From IMG/VR virus record IMGVR_UViG_3300002092_000038: a stretch of 64,000 nucleotides of DNA. The stretch is one strand, 5' to 3'. The stretch comes from an uncultured virus (IMG/VR IMGVR_UViG_3300002092_000038). Its lineage: Duplodnaviria; Heunggongvirae; Uroviricota; Caudoviricetes. Below, piece after piece: positions 19,872-30,800 of the stretch; the stretch's first letter is position 1, and every line of letters begins with the position of its first letter. Both the position numbers and the translations under genes were made by a program. Under the pieces are notes generated by a model. That model did not search any database. It worked only from the letters and a program-made list of their open reading frames with translations, and was not told where the DNA came from.

Positions 19872-22800
19872 TTATTTAACTTGTGGTTCAGGATTTAAAA
19901 CTGTACCAGTATTTTCTTTATACCATACAGGGAATATTACTGAACCAACATCATAAATTGCTTTACCATTAGGCAAAGTATGTATGATTTGAGGTATAAA
20001 ATGCATTTTTTCTGTATCATCCCCTGTAGCTACACCATAACCATATTTAGCTAAATGAGATATAGCAGCAGTTAATTCTCCAAATACTCCTAATACAGGT
20101 AATTTAGAACCAGAACCAAACTCAGCAAATTTTAAAGGATTAAAAAACATTTCTAATTCATCCTTACCTCTATTGATTACTCTTTTTATATAAGAAAAAT
20201 ATCCTTGAGCATTTTCCCATTCAGGATCATCTTTTTTAGGTAAAGCAGCAGACAAACCTACAGATAGACCAATAAAAGTTAATAAAGCTAATAATTCTTT
20301 ACTTTGAATTTTAATATTTTCCCTAACCATATCATAAAATTCGTCAGGTGTCATATGTAATTCTGTACCGTTTTTTCTTAAAAATTCTGCTTTATGTTCT
20401 TCATACATTCTATGTAACCCTTTTACTCCTTCATCATTAGCTTTATATAAATCTGATAAGTTTTTTATTTTTTTAATTACATTAAAAGTATTTCCTTCAG
20501 AATTAACCCAAATATTAGCTAACATTCTCATTCTACCATATTCATAAGCCTGAATACCTTGATTATAAGCTAATCCACCAAATCTTTGATCTATAGATTG
20601 TGGCAACCAGTTAGTAAATAAGAACATTTGCCTAGCTACTGCGTTAGTTCTTATATGAGATTGATCGTTTTCAGAAATATTACCAGCTAACATTCTACCT
20701 TGAGTTCTGATCATGTTTTTAAAGTCTATAACTGAAAAATCATTTAAATCTAAACCGTCTATAGATAGTTTTCCTTTATCATCTACTTTAGAATGTTTTA
20801 TTAAACCATATTTATCTACTAATTCAGAAACTGTTTTATCTAAACTTTTTTCAAAATCTTTTCTTTCTGTAGAAGAGAGTTCATACTTTTTGGAAAGTCT
20901 ATTAGCGTATTCTCTTGCATTCATTAATTTACCATTTACTATAATAGCATTTTCCATATGAGTAAGGTAATTAACATACTGCACTATATTGTGGGCAGAT
21001 TTAACCATCTTCATAGAAAAAGCTTGAAAGTCAGCATCTGCTATTTTACTACCAGCTAAATGATCTAAATCTAATTTTAAATTTTCATCAACTGGTAAAA
21101 ATTCCCTCATTAATTTAGTTGTAAGAGAAGCATCATTTCTAAAAGTAGCAAAATTAGTAAAATTTGCATAATTCTGTAAAAATTCTTTACTATTATAATA
21201 TTTACCAGAGTTAAACCAACCTGTAGTACCTGTAGTTAAACTTCTGAATATAGATGTTACAGTATTTAAACCTAATACATTATATGAAAAATAAGCTTTA
21301 AGAGTATCTAATGTTTTTCTAACATCATATTCTCTTTCTTCTCCATCTATTGTTACATGACCTCCTTTTAAGTCTAATTTAGAAAGAATACTTTTATCAT
21401 TTATATGTACTTCTAAATAATCTATTAAATGTTGTATGTTTAAGTTTACATCAGAATGACCTACTATATTTTTACGAGAATCTGTTATAAGCATTCCTTT
21501 AGATTCTTCTACTATTTTTAAAGCCTCTAAAGTACTTTCAATATCTCTTTTAGACCTATAATCTATCACAGCTTCTGCAAAAATACCAACATTTTTTATA
21601 AGATCATCTGCTACATTAGAATAATCTTTACTACCATCAGGATTTTCTCTTGATATTTCTCTTACAAAATATTTAGGTATCTTAGAAATAACTTTATTAG
21701 TAAAAGGATCTATAGCTTCTGCAGTTTCTCCTTGTTTAATAGATGTAAAACCTTTTCTAACTTGATCCCAAAGATTCCATCTTCCTCCATATTCTACTTT
21801 ATCAGCCAAAGATTTTTCTATCCAAGGTAAAAAAGTACTAATATGAGCATGATGAAACATACCAGCAGCAGCAGCTTGTTTATTTATATCAGTAACAAAA
21901 TTATAAAAATCTAAAGCAGGTTTATTTTCTGGTTTAAGCATTTCTTTATATTCTTTACTTCTTAAATCATCTTTAAGAAAGTTTTTAAGTCTACTTAAAT
22001 TAGACATAGAATATTCACTACTCCAGGTAGTTTCTGACATTACTTTTTCTATAGCATCTTGTTTTCTTTCTTCTGCTGTTTTTCCTAGATAAGGAAGCCA
22101 TTGAGAAGCATTAATTTGCTTGATTTGTTGTTCTCTAAAAGGCATAGCCCAAGCATTAAACTTTTTATCGTCTAATAATTCTCTAGTTTCTTTTGGTTTT
22201 TTATCAGCTATGGTTTTTTCTAATTTAGTATAAGTTTCTGTTGAAAATTCATTTATAAGTCTGTTAGTACCTTTATCGTTTTTATCTTTAGCTTCTACTA
22301 TTTCAGATAATTTTTTAACACCTCCCCATTCTTTAGTAACTGCTTCCCATATTGGTTTTAATTTAGCTACCATTTCATTAGTTTCAGTTTCTACTTTATT
22401 TAATCTTATATTATTAAGATCATAAGCTGCTCTAATAACTGTTGAAGGAGATTTACTAGGTGTTCTAAATTCTTTAGCTAAATAATCTAATAAAACTTGT
22501 GGTTTTAATATATCCCAAATAGATCTACTATCAGCCCAAGATTTCATATATTGATTCAACAAAGTTTTAGCACCTATCCTACTATCATTATCTGATAGCA
22601 AATAAGCTGCATTTCTAGATAAACTACCTAAATCTTCTCTTTGCTTTTTTCCTTCTTCTGTACTATCATCTATAAAATCTCTGAGTTTTCCTAAAGAACT
22701 ATATAATTCAAGAGACTTGATTATATCTATTAATGGTTCTAATTTTTCATCTAATTCTGAAATATTTTTAATATCTTTAAAAGGAAAATTTTGATAATCT

Positions 22801-25295
22801 TCCCTTATTTTTTTCATATTATCAATAGTTTGTCTATTGAATCCTTTAACTTGTTCTAAGAAAGGTCTAAAATCTTGTGCTAATTGTAAATGTAAAATAG
22901 CTTTTTCTAAGTTTTCTATTTTATTTTTTCTAACGATAATATCTTTTTCATTAGAGCCTTTAGCAGCAGTTAAATTTAAAGTGTGTGTTAAAGCTGTAAT
23001 AAGAGTTTGTATAGGAGTAGATTTATTCTGCTCAGAAGATGTTACATAAGGTAACAAATAAGGAGTTTTTTCATTTTTATAATCTGTTGTACCTATATTT
23101 AAAGCTAAAACTTCTCCTTCATGACCTTTTTCTTCATTATATTTTACAGATACAGGAATCATTCTTACTTTCTCTATATCATTTAAACTAACACCGTATG
23201 TAGGAGAAGTTAATATTTTTACATAACCAGCCATTTGTTTATCATAGGCTTTTTTCATGTAATCTCTTACTCCACCATGTTTAGCTAAAGAACCTATAAA
23301 TTTCCAGTCAAATACACTAACTTTTCCTATAGGAGTGATAGCCATAAAGTCTATTGTTCCTGCTAATCCTTTAGTAGACTTTTTACCTTCTGTATCATAT
23401 ACTTTTAATGTTGGATCATAAACAGTTTTTTCCCACATAAATTTAGTACCTTCAGGAAAATCTACTTTATTAGTTATCATTCCTTCATGATGAATTCCTC
23501 CTTCATCTGTATAACCATACAAATAACCTTCTAAAACTTTATAATTAGCTTTATCTTCATCAGAATGTTCTGCAAAATAAGTAGAATCAAAATCTATAGG
23601 TATAGTGTTTTCTCTTAATAAGCCTGTAAGAGGGTCAATATGTCTTTCATGCATATTTTCCATATCTTTATGCCTAGCAGTACCATATTGTTTCTTAAAC
23701 TCATTAAGAACAGTATCCAGATTTTCTTTAAGTTCTTTATTTTTAAACAAATCAGTTAAAAAATTCTTTACTAAATCTGTTACCCTGGCTATTTTGTTAC
23801 CAGCACCATCTTCATAGTGATTACTTCCATTAGTTTCTTCTTTTTTCTCTACTATAGGTGGTTTAGATAATTTATCAAACAATTCTTCTTGTTTTTTTTC
23901 TTCTTCTGTTTTTTGTTTAAAAATATCTTTAAAACCTAATTCGTCTCTGATAATAGAAGCTGTACTTTTAGTTCTTGTAGTATCTGTAGATATTACATTA
24001 GTAACACCTAATTCTTTAAGTTCTTGTGCAGCTTTTTTAGCATCTTCTATACCTTTTTCATTTATAGGAGTAGTTACTTCATTATCTACTTTGGTAATAT
24101 TATTGTCTGTTTGACCATGCCTTACAAAATATAAAGTCTTACCATTTACTTCTTTAGTATAAACTTCACCATTTTTAGTATTTTTAGTTTTACCATCCAA
24201 ACCTTTTAATAAACCTATAACAGTCCCGTGAGTAATAATAGCTGTTTTGTCTGGTACATTAGCTGCAATATTCTGTATCTCAGTAAGAGTACGTGATTTA
24301 AAATCTTCATAACTTTCATCTTTTTTTCTATCAGTTAAATCTTTAATAGGATTTTCTTTATCTAATTCGCCTTTAGTAAATTTTTTAGCTGTTTTTTCTA
24401 AAGGATCAAAAGTAGGATCAAAACCAATTTTAGTTAATAGATTTTTAATCATTTCTTTTACTTTATCAAACCAAGTATTAGCTTTAGCTAATAATTCTGG
24501 TTTTTCAGTTTTTCCTTCTAATCTTTTAATAACTAACTCATTAAAAATTTTACCAGCAGTTTCTTCTTTAAGTTTTGGTATATTAGGTTTACCATCTATC
24601 ATATAGTCAGGATCATTTTTATACTGATCTATTACACTAGCGTAAAGTTCGTATTTTCCAACATTATTCATAATTTCTTTAAATAATGCTGGTTCTGATT
24701 CTTTAACCATTCTAATAATACCATGACCTACTTCTTCACCTGTTACTATATCTTCTTTTCCTTTGGCAATACTTATAATTTTACCAAATAAATCTATAGT
24801 ACCATTTGTACCTATTTTATCACCATTAATATCAGTAAGTTCTTCTAAAGATTTCCAATCATATCCTGCTCTTTGCGCCCATTCTTTATATTTACTTTGT
24901 GTTTCTAGTGATGCTTTTGAAGGGGTAGTTTTTCCTGTAGAATCTTCTAACTGTTTTAAAACATCTTCTTTAGGAGAAAATATTGCTTTAGTTACATCCT
25001 TAATATCATATTCTCCCTTGTCGTTTTTGGGTAAACCTAATTTAGTAAAATTAGGAGAAGTAGTTTGAGCATAAACAGCTAAAGCTAAGTGTTTATTATT
25101 ATCTAAATCACCTACAATACCACTAGATTCCCAGGATTTATATTTATCCTGAAGTTTTTCTTTTTGTTCTTTTGGCAAGTCTTTAACTAAGTCTAATATA
25201 TCTCCATAAAGTTTACTTTCTTCTCCTTTAGGAGTAAGTACTTTAGAAATCATTTTACCATTAGTTTTAACTAAACCACAATTTACTCCAAACAT
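19872..25295 (-). CDS. large virion cargo protein with degenerate zincin, permuted histidine phosphatase and PD-(D/E)xK domains
   Basis: EEVGH; THG...RHG...R; AGTIDFM...DWK...YDKQ; lies downstream of the RNAP as in crAss-like cargo loci. Confidence 0.75.
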   Translation of the reverse strand: MFGVNCGLVKTNGKMISKVLTPKGEESKLYGDILDLVKDLPKEQKEKLQDKYKSWESSGIVGDLDNNKHLALAVYAQTTSPNFTKLGLPKNDKGEYDIKDVTKAIFSPKEDVLKQLEDSTGKTTPSKASLETQSKYKEWAQRAGYDWKSLEELTDINGDKIGTNGTIDLFGKIISIAKGKEDIVTGEEVGHGIIRMVKESEPALFKEIMNNVGKYELYASVIDQYKNDPDYMIDGKPNIPKLKEETAGKIFNELVIKRLEGKTEKPELLAKANTWFDKVKEMIKNLLTKIGFDPTFDPLEKTAKKFTKGELDKENPIKDLTDRKKDESYEDFKSRTLTEIQNIAANVPDKTAIITHGTVIGLLKGLDGKTKNTKNGEVYTKEVNGKTLYFVRHGQTDNNITKVDNEVTTPINEKGIEDAKKAAQELKELGVTNVISTDTTRTKSTASIIRDELGFKDIFKQKTEEEKKQEELFDKLSKPPIVEKKEETNGSNHYEDGAGNKIARVTDLVKNFLTDLFKNKELKENLDTVLNEFKKQYGTARHKDMENMHERHIDPLTGLLRENTIPIDFDSTYFAEHSDEDKANYKVLEGYLYGYTDEGGIHHEGMITNKVDFPEGTKFMWEKTVYDPTLKVYDTEGKKSTKGLAGTIDFMAITPIGKVSVFDWKFIGSLAKHGGVRDYMKKAYDKQMAGYVKILTSPTYGVSLNDIEKVRMIPVSVKYNEEKGHEGEVLALNIGTTDYKNEKTPYLLPYVTSSEQNKSTPIQTLITALTHTLNLTAAKGSNEKDIIVRKNKIENLEKAILHLQLAQDFRPFLEQVKGFNRQTIDNMKKIREDYQNFPFKDIKNISELDEKLEPLIDIIKSLELYSSLGKLRDFIDDSTEEGKKQREDLGSLSRNAAYLLSDNDSRIGAKTLLNQYMKSWADSRSIWDILKPQVLLDYLAKEFRTPSKSPSTVIRAAYDLNNIRLNKVETETNEMVAKLKPIWEAVTKEWGGVKKLSEIVEAKDKNDKGTNRLINEFSTETYTKLEKTIADKKPKETRELLDDKKFNAWAMPFREQQIKQINASQWLPYLGKTAEERKQDAIEKVMSETTWSSEYSMSNLSRLKNFLKDDLRSKEYKEMLKPENKPALDFYNFVTDINKQAAAAGMFHHAHISTFLPWIEKSLADKVEYGGRWNLWDQVRKGFTSIKQGETAEAIDPFTNKVISKIPKYFVREISRENPDGSKDYSNVADDLIKNVGIFAEAVIDYRSKRDIESTLEALKIVEESKGMLITDSRKNIVGHSDVNLNIQHLIDYLEVHINDKSILSKLDLKGGHVTIDGEEREYDVRKTLDTLKAYFSYNVLGLNTVTSIFRSLTTGTTGWFNSGKYYNSKEFLQNYANFTNFATFRNDASLTTKLMREFLPVDENLKLDLDHLAGSKIADADFQAFSMKMVKSAHNIVQYVNYLTHMENAIIVNGKLMNAREYANRLSKKYELSSTERKDFEKSLDKTVSELVDKYGLIKHSKVDDKGKLSIDGLDLNDFSVIDFKNMIRTQGRMLAGNISENDQSHIRTNAVARQMFLFTNWLPQSIDQRFGGLAYNQGIQAYEYGRMRMLANIWVNSEGNTFNVIKKIKNLSDLYKANDEGVKGLHRMYEEHKAEFLRKNGTELHMTPDEFYDMVRENIKIQSKELLALLTFIGLSVGLSAALPKKDDPEWENAQGYFSYIKRVINRGKDELEMFFNPLKFAEFGSGSKLPVLGVFGELTAAISHLAKYGYGVATGDDTEKMHFIPQIIHTLPNGKAIYDVGSVIFPVWYKENTGTVLNPEPQVK

Positions 25296-25296
25296 A

Positions 25297-25617
25297 TTAA
25301 TAAGCTTTTAATTTTAAACGTGTAAGATGTAAAATATTTTCATCTTTATTTATACCTTGTAAAGTTATATGATTAGGCATAAACCTCATTAACATTCTTT
25401 CAGGTTCATTAAACAAATGAGGAGCAGTTTCTAAAAAGAAATCTACACCATCATGTATAATAGTATACTGATGTATTATTGGATTTTTATCTTTACCAAA
25501 AATTTGTAAAGTTCCTTGAGGTATAAACTTAAAAAGAAGACCTGGAAACTCTGTACAAACCCAATCATGCATAGATATTTCTCTTTTTAGTTGTGTTAAT
25601 CCTTCTATTTTAACCAT
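25297..25617 (-). CDS. hypothetical beta-rich protein
   Basis: 106-aa ORF overlapping the ATP-grasp gene. Confidence 0.55.
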   Translation of the reverse strand: MVKIEGLTQLKREISMHDWVCTEFPGLLFKFIPQGTLQIFGKDKNPIIHQYTIIHDGVDFFLETAPHLFNEPERMLMRFMPNHITLQGINKDENILHLTRLKLKAY

Positions 25618-26887
25618 TATCTTTCATCATTTTACAAAAGGCTTCATAAGCATCATCTAGATCTTTCATATCTATTTTAATACCATAACCTTTAATTTCT
25701 GGTATTATTTTTTCCATTTGTTTTTTACAATCTTCATATGAATCTCCACAAACACAAACAGATCCTATTTCAGGAAAATGATTAATATTAATTACACTAT
25801 ACTTTCCATCTACTTTGCAAGGATATGAAAGTTTTACATTGTCTCTATATTCTTTAGGAAAGTATATAGGCTGATTAGCCTCATCATTATCTGTAGATAT
25901 AGTTAAGTATAACCCACATTTTGCATTTGGTGTTATATCTACTATTTCTCCATTAGCTATATTCCAAATAATTTCTCCTAAATTTTTATACATTATAGAA
26001 TATAAAGGTGAAGGAGGCATAGGTAGTCTAGCTGTAAAATCAGTAAGATAATTTTTGTTTGATGTTGTTCTTACTTCAGTTGAAAAAAAACCTTTATAAC
26101 TATATTTCTTTAGAATAGGAGAAATTTGATTTGTAGTTTTTTGTATGCCTTTTGATAACTTAGTATAAGGCATTATTTCACCATAATAAGCTTTATCTTT
26201 TACTTCTGTTCCTGCTAATGTGTTTTTAGGATATTGACCATCCACAGTATAACAATCTATACCTTCTTCTACAATAGCTTCTATAGGATCAAAAATTAGA
26301 AATTCTATAGTTTCTTTTATAGAACCTAATTCAAATTCCATTTTTTCTAAAATAGGCATAGAAAGTTCATAATTTTCATGATGAAAAGTTTCTACTAGTT
26401 TTCTATATTTAGAAATTTTGATCCATTTATCTTTAACTCCTTTAAGATGTTCTCTTAATTTAGTAGTTCCTATTACTTTAACAATTTGAGTAGGAACATC
26501 CATTCCTTGCTCTTTAAACTCCTGCATAGCTAACCACCTGTCTAACTCTATTATCTGCCCAGCACCACTACCACAAACAGGATAACCTAGCTCTCTAAGA
26601 TGTTCCATTAAAGAGCCTTGATAGCAATCTGTAAAAAATACTAAATCAGCTTCTTTTAAAGCCTCATAAAAATCTTCTACTTGTTTAAAATTTTTACCAT
26701 CAAAAGTTTCTAGTTGTTCACCATTAACCCATTCAGAACCTATTCTTGCTTTATCTGGTTTAGGAAAACCAGCATAATCCCAAGGACAATAATATAAAAC
26801 TTGTTTATACTCATTAGTAAGAGCTAAACAAATTTCAAAAAAGCTTCCAGAATCAAAGCACAGTATAGTTTTATTTTTTAAATTCAT
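25610..26887 (-). CDS. PurD-like ATP-grasp ligase
   Basis: ADLVFF, GYPVCG, ELDR...GMDVPT, WIK, YKGFFSTE, DFTARLP. Confidence 0.7.
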   Translation of the reverse strand: MNLKNKTILCFDSGSFFEICLALTNEYKQVLYYCPWDYAGFPKPDKARIGSEWVNGEQLETFDGKNFKQVEDFYEALKEADLVFFTDCYQGSLMEHLRELGYPVCGSGAGQIIELDRWLAMQEFKEQGMDVPTQIVKVIGTTKLREHLKGVKDKWIKISKYRKLVETFHHENYELSMPILEKMEFELGSIKETIEFLIFDPIEAIVEEGIDCYTVDGQYPKNTLAGTEVKDKAYYGEIMPYTKLSKGIQKTTNQISPILKKYSYKGFFSTEVRTTSNKNYLTDFTARLPMPPSPLYSIMYKNLGEIIWNIANGEIVDITPNAKCGLYLTISTDNDEANQPIYFPKEYRDNVKLSYPCKVDGKYSVININHFPEIGSVCVCGDSYEDCKKQMEKIIPEIKGYGIKIDMKDLDDAYEAFCKMMKDNG

Positions 26888-27789
26888 ATTTTTAAATCAT
26901 TTTCATATTTTTTCCAATCTAATCCTAATTCTTTACAAAGTTGCCTTTCAATAGACTCGGCAAAAACATGTTCTTTATGATAACAAGCATCTAATTCATT
27001 TCCTGGTTCTATTTCAAGTTTATAGTTACCATCTTTAAATTTTCTATTCCATTCTATATCAAAATCTGATATATCTTGTTCTTTTATTCCTCTTTTTTTG
27101 CAAAGATACCACTCTATTATCTCATGAACAAATATTAGATTTACATATTCTTGTTTTTCTTGTTCTGTTATAAATACTACCAATAAACCATCTTCTGTTT
27201 CTTGATAATTTCCACAAGTAGGATATTCTTGAAATTCAGATCTAATTATCCTACCCATAATAAACATGCTTCCTAAATTTTCTGAAGCAGGAAATCTATT
27301 ACCTTTAGTCCAGCAATTATCATTCTCTTTATGGCATTTTTTACATAATGTAACTCCGTTCATTCTAAGCCAAGCCGTTCTTCTGCTTTCTGATATAGGA
27401 ATTATATGATGAACTTGTAAATTTTCTATAGAACCACATATTTTACATTTGTGGTGATCTCTTTCAAGACAATGATTTCTCCATTTTGTATACTCTCCAT
27501 AATTTGATAGTCTATAATTATGATATTCTTCTGTTTTACCCCCTTTCCAGTTTCCATTTTTTTCTTTAGAGACCTCTTTAGGAAGATTATTAGTGTATAA
27601 AGCTAGGGCTTCTTCTGGATTTTCTTCTTGCCATTTTTTTAAACCTTTTAACATTTCTGTAACATCTCTTGGTTTTCCTTTTCTATATTCTACACTACAA
27701 TTTTTAGAGCAAAAAGTAGATAGGGGTTTTTGAGATAGGTATTCTTTATTACATTGAGTACAATTATGTGGATATTTTAATTTTCCCAT
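26884..27789 (-). CDS. HNH endonuclease fused to a C-terminal zincin-like domain
   Basis: CxxC...FCSxxC, NWKGG, CKICG...HHI...NGVTLCKKCH; then HEIIE...EPG...EH. Confidence 0.7.
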   Translation of the reverse strand: MGKLKYPHNCTQCNKEYLSQKPLSTFCSKNCSVEYRKGKPRDVTEMLKGLKKWQEENPEEALALYTNNLPKEVSKEKNGNWKGGKTEEYHNYRLSNYGEYTKWRNHCLERDHHKCKICGSIENLQVHHIIPISESRRTAWLRMNGVTLCKKCHKENDNCWTKGNRFPASENLGSMFIMGRIIRSEFQEYPTCGNYQETEDGLLVVFITEQEKQEYVNLIFVHEIIEWYLCKKRGIKEQDISDFDIEWNRKFKDGNYKLEIEPGNELDACYHKEHVFAESIERQLCKELGLDWKKYENDLKI

Positions 27790-27833
27790 ATGAATTTTAT
27801 ATTTATATCTTTATTTCCAGTCATAATTTAATT

Positions 27834-30800
27834 TTAAAAAGGACATTGTTCAGGTTCATCACCTTTTTCTAAAGAACTAGGTTCATCAAACATTTCTTTT
27901 GTTATTAAACCATCATCTACTGCTTTAGCCATAGCATCATAAAAATCTGATGGTTCTTCAGAATTTCCTAATTCTTCAGGTTCTGAAGTCTGAGTATCTT
28001 CCTCTTCTTCTGTAATTGTTTCTTTTGTTTCTTTGTTTAAATCTTCTATATTTACAATATGAGATCCTTTTTGATCTTTTTTATATTTTTCTAAGAATTC
28101 TTCATCGGATAATTCATTGACTTTTATATTCTTATCTAGTACAGAAGGTCTAGCATCAGTATAGAATTCTCCCATATTTCTACCATCTCCCCAAAGATTA
28201 ATAGATTTATACAAATATTTATAAATAGGATTTTCTATTGAACCTATATTAATTATTACTTTTTGTCCGTTATTATCTAATACTTGTTGATACCCTTCAT
28301 TTTGATAAAGATTTTCTTTAAAGTCTTGATTATTATTTCTCATATCAGCTAATTCTTGTTCATTAGCTTCTCTTACTTTATTAGTTTCTTTATCTAATAC
28401 ATCTACTGGTCTTTTAATTTTTACTACAGGAGAGTGTTCGTACATTCTACCTGATTTTGCTACTACAGGCAAATGTACAACATTTTCACCAGATTCTAAT
28501 TTAAATTTATCAGTTTTATATCTTTTTGGTACTAACCTATCATCATTATAATTAGTTCTCCACAATACTTTTAACTTATCATAAACATTTAATAAAGGAT
28601 TATTATCAGCTATTGCCTGTAAAGCCTGATTTGTATAATTCTCATAATCTTGATAAGGAATCAAAGAACTTATAGAATTTCTATTAGAACCTGTACCAGA
28701 CTGAATTAAATTAGCTTTAAGTAAGTCTTCATAAAAATCTCTATATTGAGGATGATCTTTTAATTCTTCTAAAGCTGTTGTGAAATCATCTGCTTCATTA
28801 GAACCATTAGGCTTACTATCAAAACCAACCATTCTAGGGTTTTTAGGATTTGAAATCATAGCTGTTAATTTTCTAAAAGCAGAGTTTTTTATAATATCAG
28901 GTTCTTGTGGAATTTCAGTTCCTTCTTTTTTAGCTTTTCTTACTTCTTTATTATACTGTTTTTCTAATTTTTCTAAAGTATTTTTTACATCTTCTAACCT
29001 ATTTGCCATAGATTTATCTCCTAACATAAGTCTAGAAATTTCTTCATTAAGAGGTTTACCATTTTTATCTTTTGCAAAAATTTGAGTAGCAAAGTTCATA
29101 AAATTAGTCTTAACATTATTAAGCATTCTGGTTTTTTCATCTACACCGCCTTTGATAATAAGGTCAGAAATAAATTCCATAGCACTTCTTGTTTGTCTCT
29201 CTACTACAGGAGCAGATAATTTAAATAAAGCAGAAGAAATGTTAGTAGAAAGATCAGAAACAGTATTTTTAAGAGTACCAAACCAACTTTTATCAAAATT
29301 ATCTTGTAAACCTATAAAATTATCATTTTTACCAGCTCTATCATAAACTCTATTTTTCAAATAAGTATTATTATAAGTAGCTTTTCTAACATTACCCCAA
29401 TAACTACCACTCTGTTGTTCAAACATTTCACTAGCTAAAGAATCATATTTTAAAAATTCTTCTAAGATTGCTCTTTGCATTGCTCTCTTAGATTCTGACA
29501 TTTTTTTAACACTACCATAATCTTTATTATAAGAAGCTAAAATATCTTTTAAACCAGTACCTTTTTCGTTAGTTAATTCTAACTGATCTATACTTACTTC
29601 GTCTCCTCCTTTATAATTATTTATAATTCTATTTTTAAGAACAGATAGCTTAACTTTTTTATCTGCACCTTTACCATCTTCTGATTTACTATTATTTTTC
29701 TTTTTTTCTCTTACATAATCTTGAATAATAGGCTGTTTTAAGAAAAAGAAAGTATGCATAGGATCTACACCTGACCTTATTAAAAATAAAGCTTGTGAAA
29801 ACACATCTATAGAAGGAAGTAATTTCATCAATATAGGATTATTCACAGCATCCACTGTTGTATTCACTAATTGTGAAAGTATTTCTGATATAGGTTGTTT
29901 AACTTTATTAATAGTCCCTGCTAAACTAGTAGCAAATACTCCTTTTTCTACTTCTATTTTTTGATGTGGTAATTTAATTTGAATTTTAGGATTAAGATAG
30001 AAAGGGAAACTTTGCATCATAGCATGAGAAGTAACAGCATTTGCTGATACAGATGTTGCATTTTTAGCTTCTAATACTTCTTGTCTTTTTTGGTTAACCC
30101 ATTGCATATTCAAGAAATCAGTGTAATTTATATCACCTTTTTCTCTTTTAGCGTCTGCTTTTGGATCAATTTTGTCCATTTCTGCCTCTACTTCTTCAAG
30201 AAATTCTGTACTATTAGGAGTAAGTAATTTTTCCAAATTACTTTCATGTATAATACTTTCAGCAAGAAGCTCAAAATATTTATTATCTATAGCTTCTCTA
30301 GCATTTACTAAATAAGGATCTTTTCCTTTGTTATTTTTTATGAATTCATTTATACTTTCTATTTCTGTTTGAGAATCTTTCATTATTTTTTTAAGATCAT
30401 CAAACTCTACTTTAGTTACATCTTCAATATTTTTACCTAATTCTATAAAAGCTTCTTTAGTAAGATCCTCTAACTGAGTATCTTCCATAGCTTTATGTTG
30501 TTCCCATATTTTTTCAAGAACTTCTTCTGAATTAGTATCTTCAAAAAATTCTACTCTTTTTGGTAATCCTGTTTCTTTATCTATATAAAAATTCTTAAGA
30601 TAAGTATTTAATTTATCCACGTCAAAGTCAGAACCTACTTTAGTAGTAATTTCACTAGGTACGACAACAACTCCTCCTAAAGAATCATCTGTAAAACCTA
30701 CTATTTTTAATACATCAAAAGAGTTCAAACCTTGAGAAGGAATTCTGAATCCTACACCTTCAAGAAGTTTTCTACCTGCATCACTATTAAGATATTTAAG

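Noticed and set aside
25610..26887. Calling the ATP-grasp gene purD
   Set aside because: PurD-specific motifs are diverged and there is no purine pathway context.
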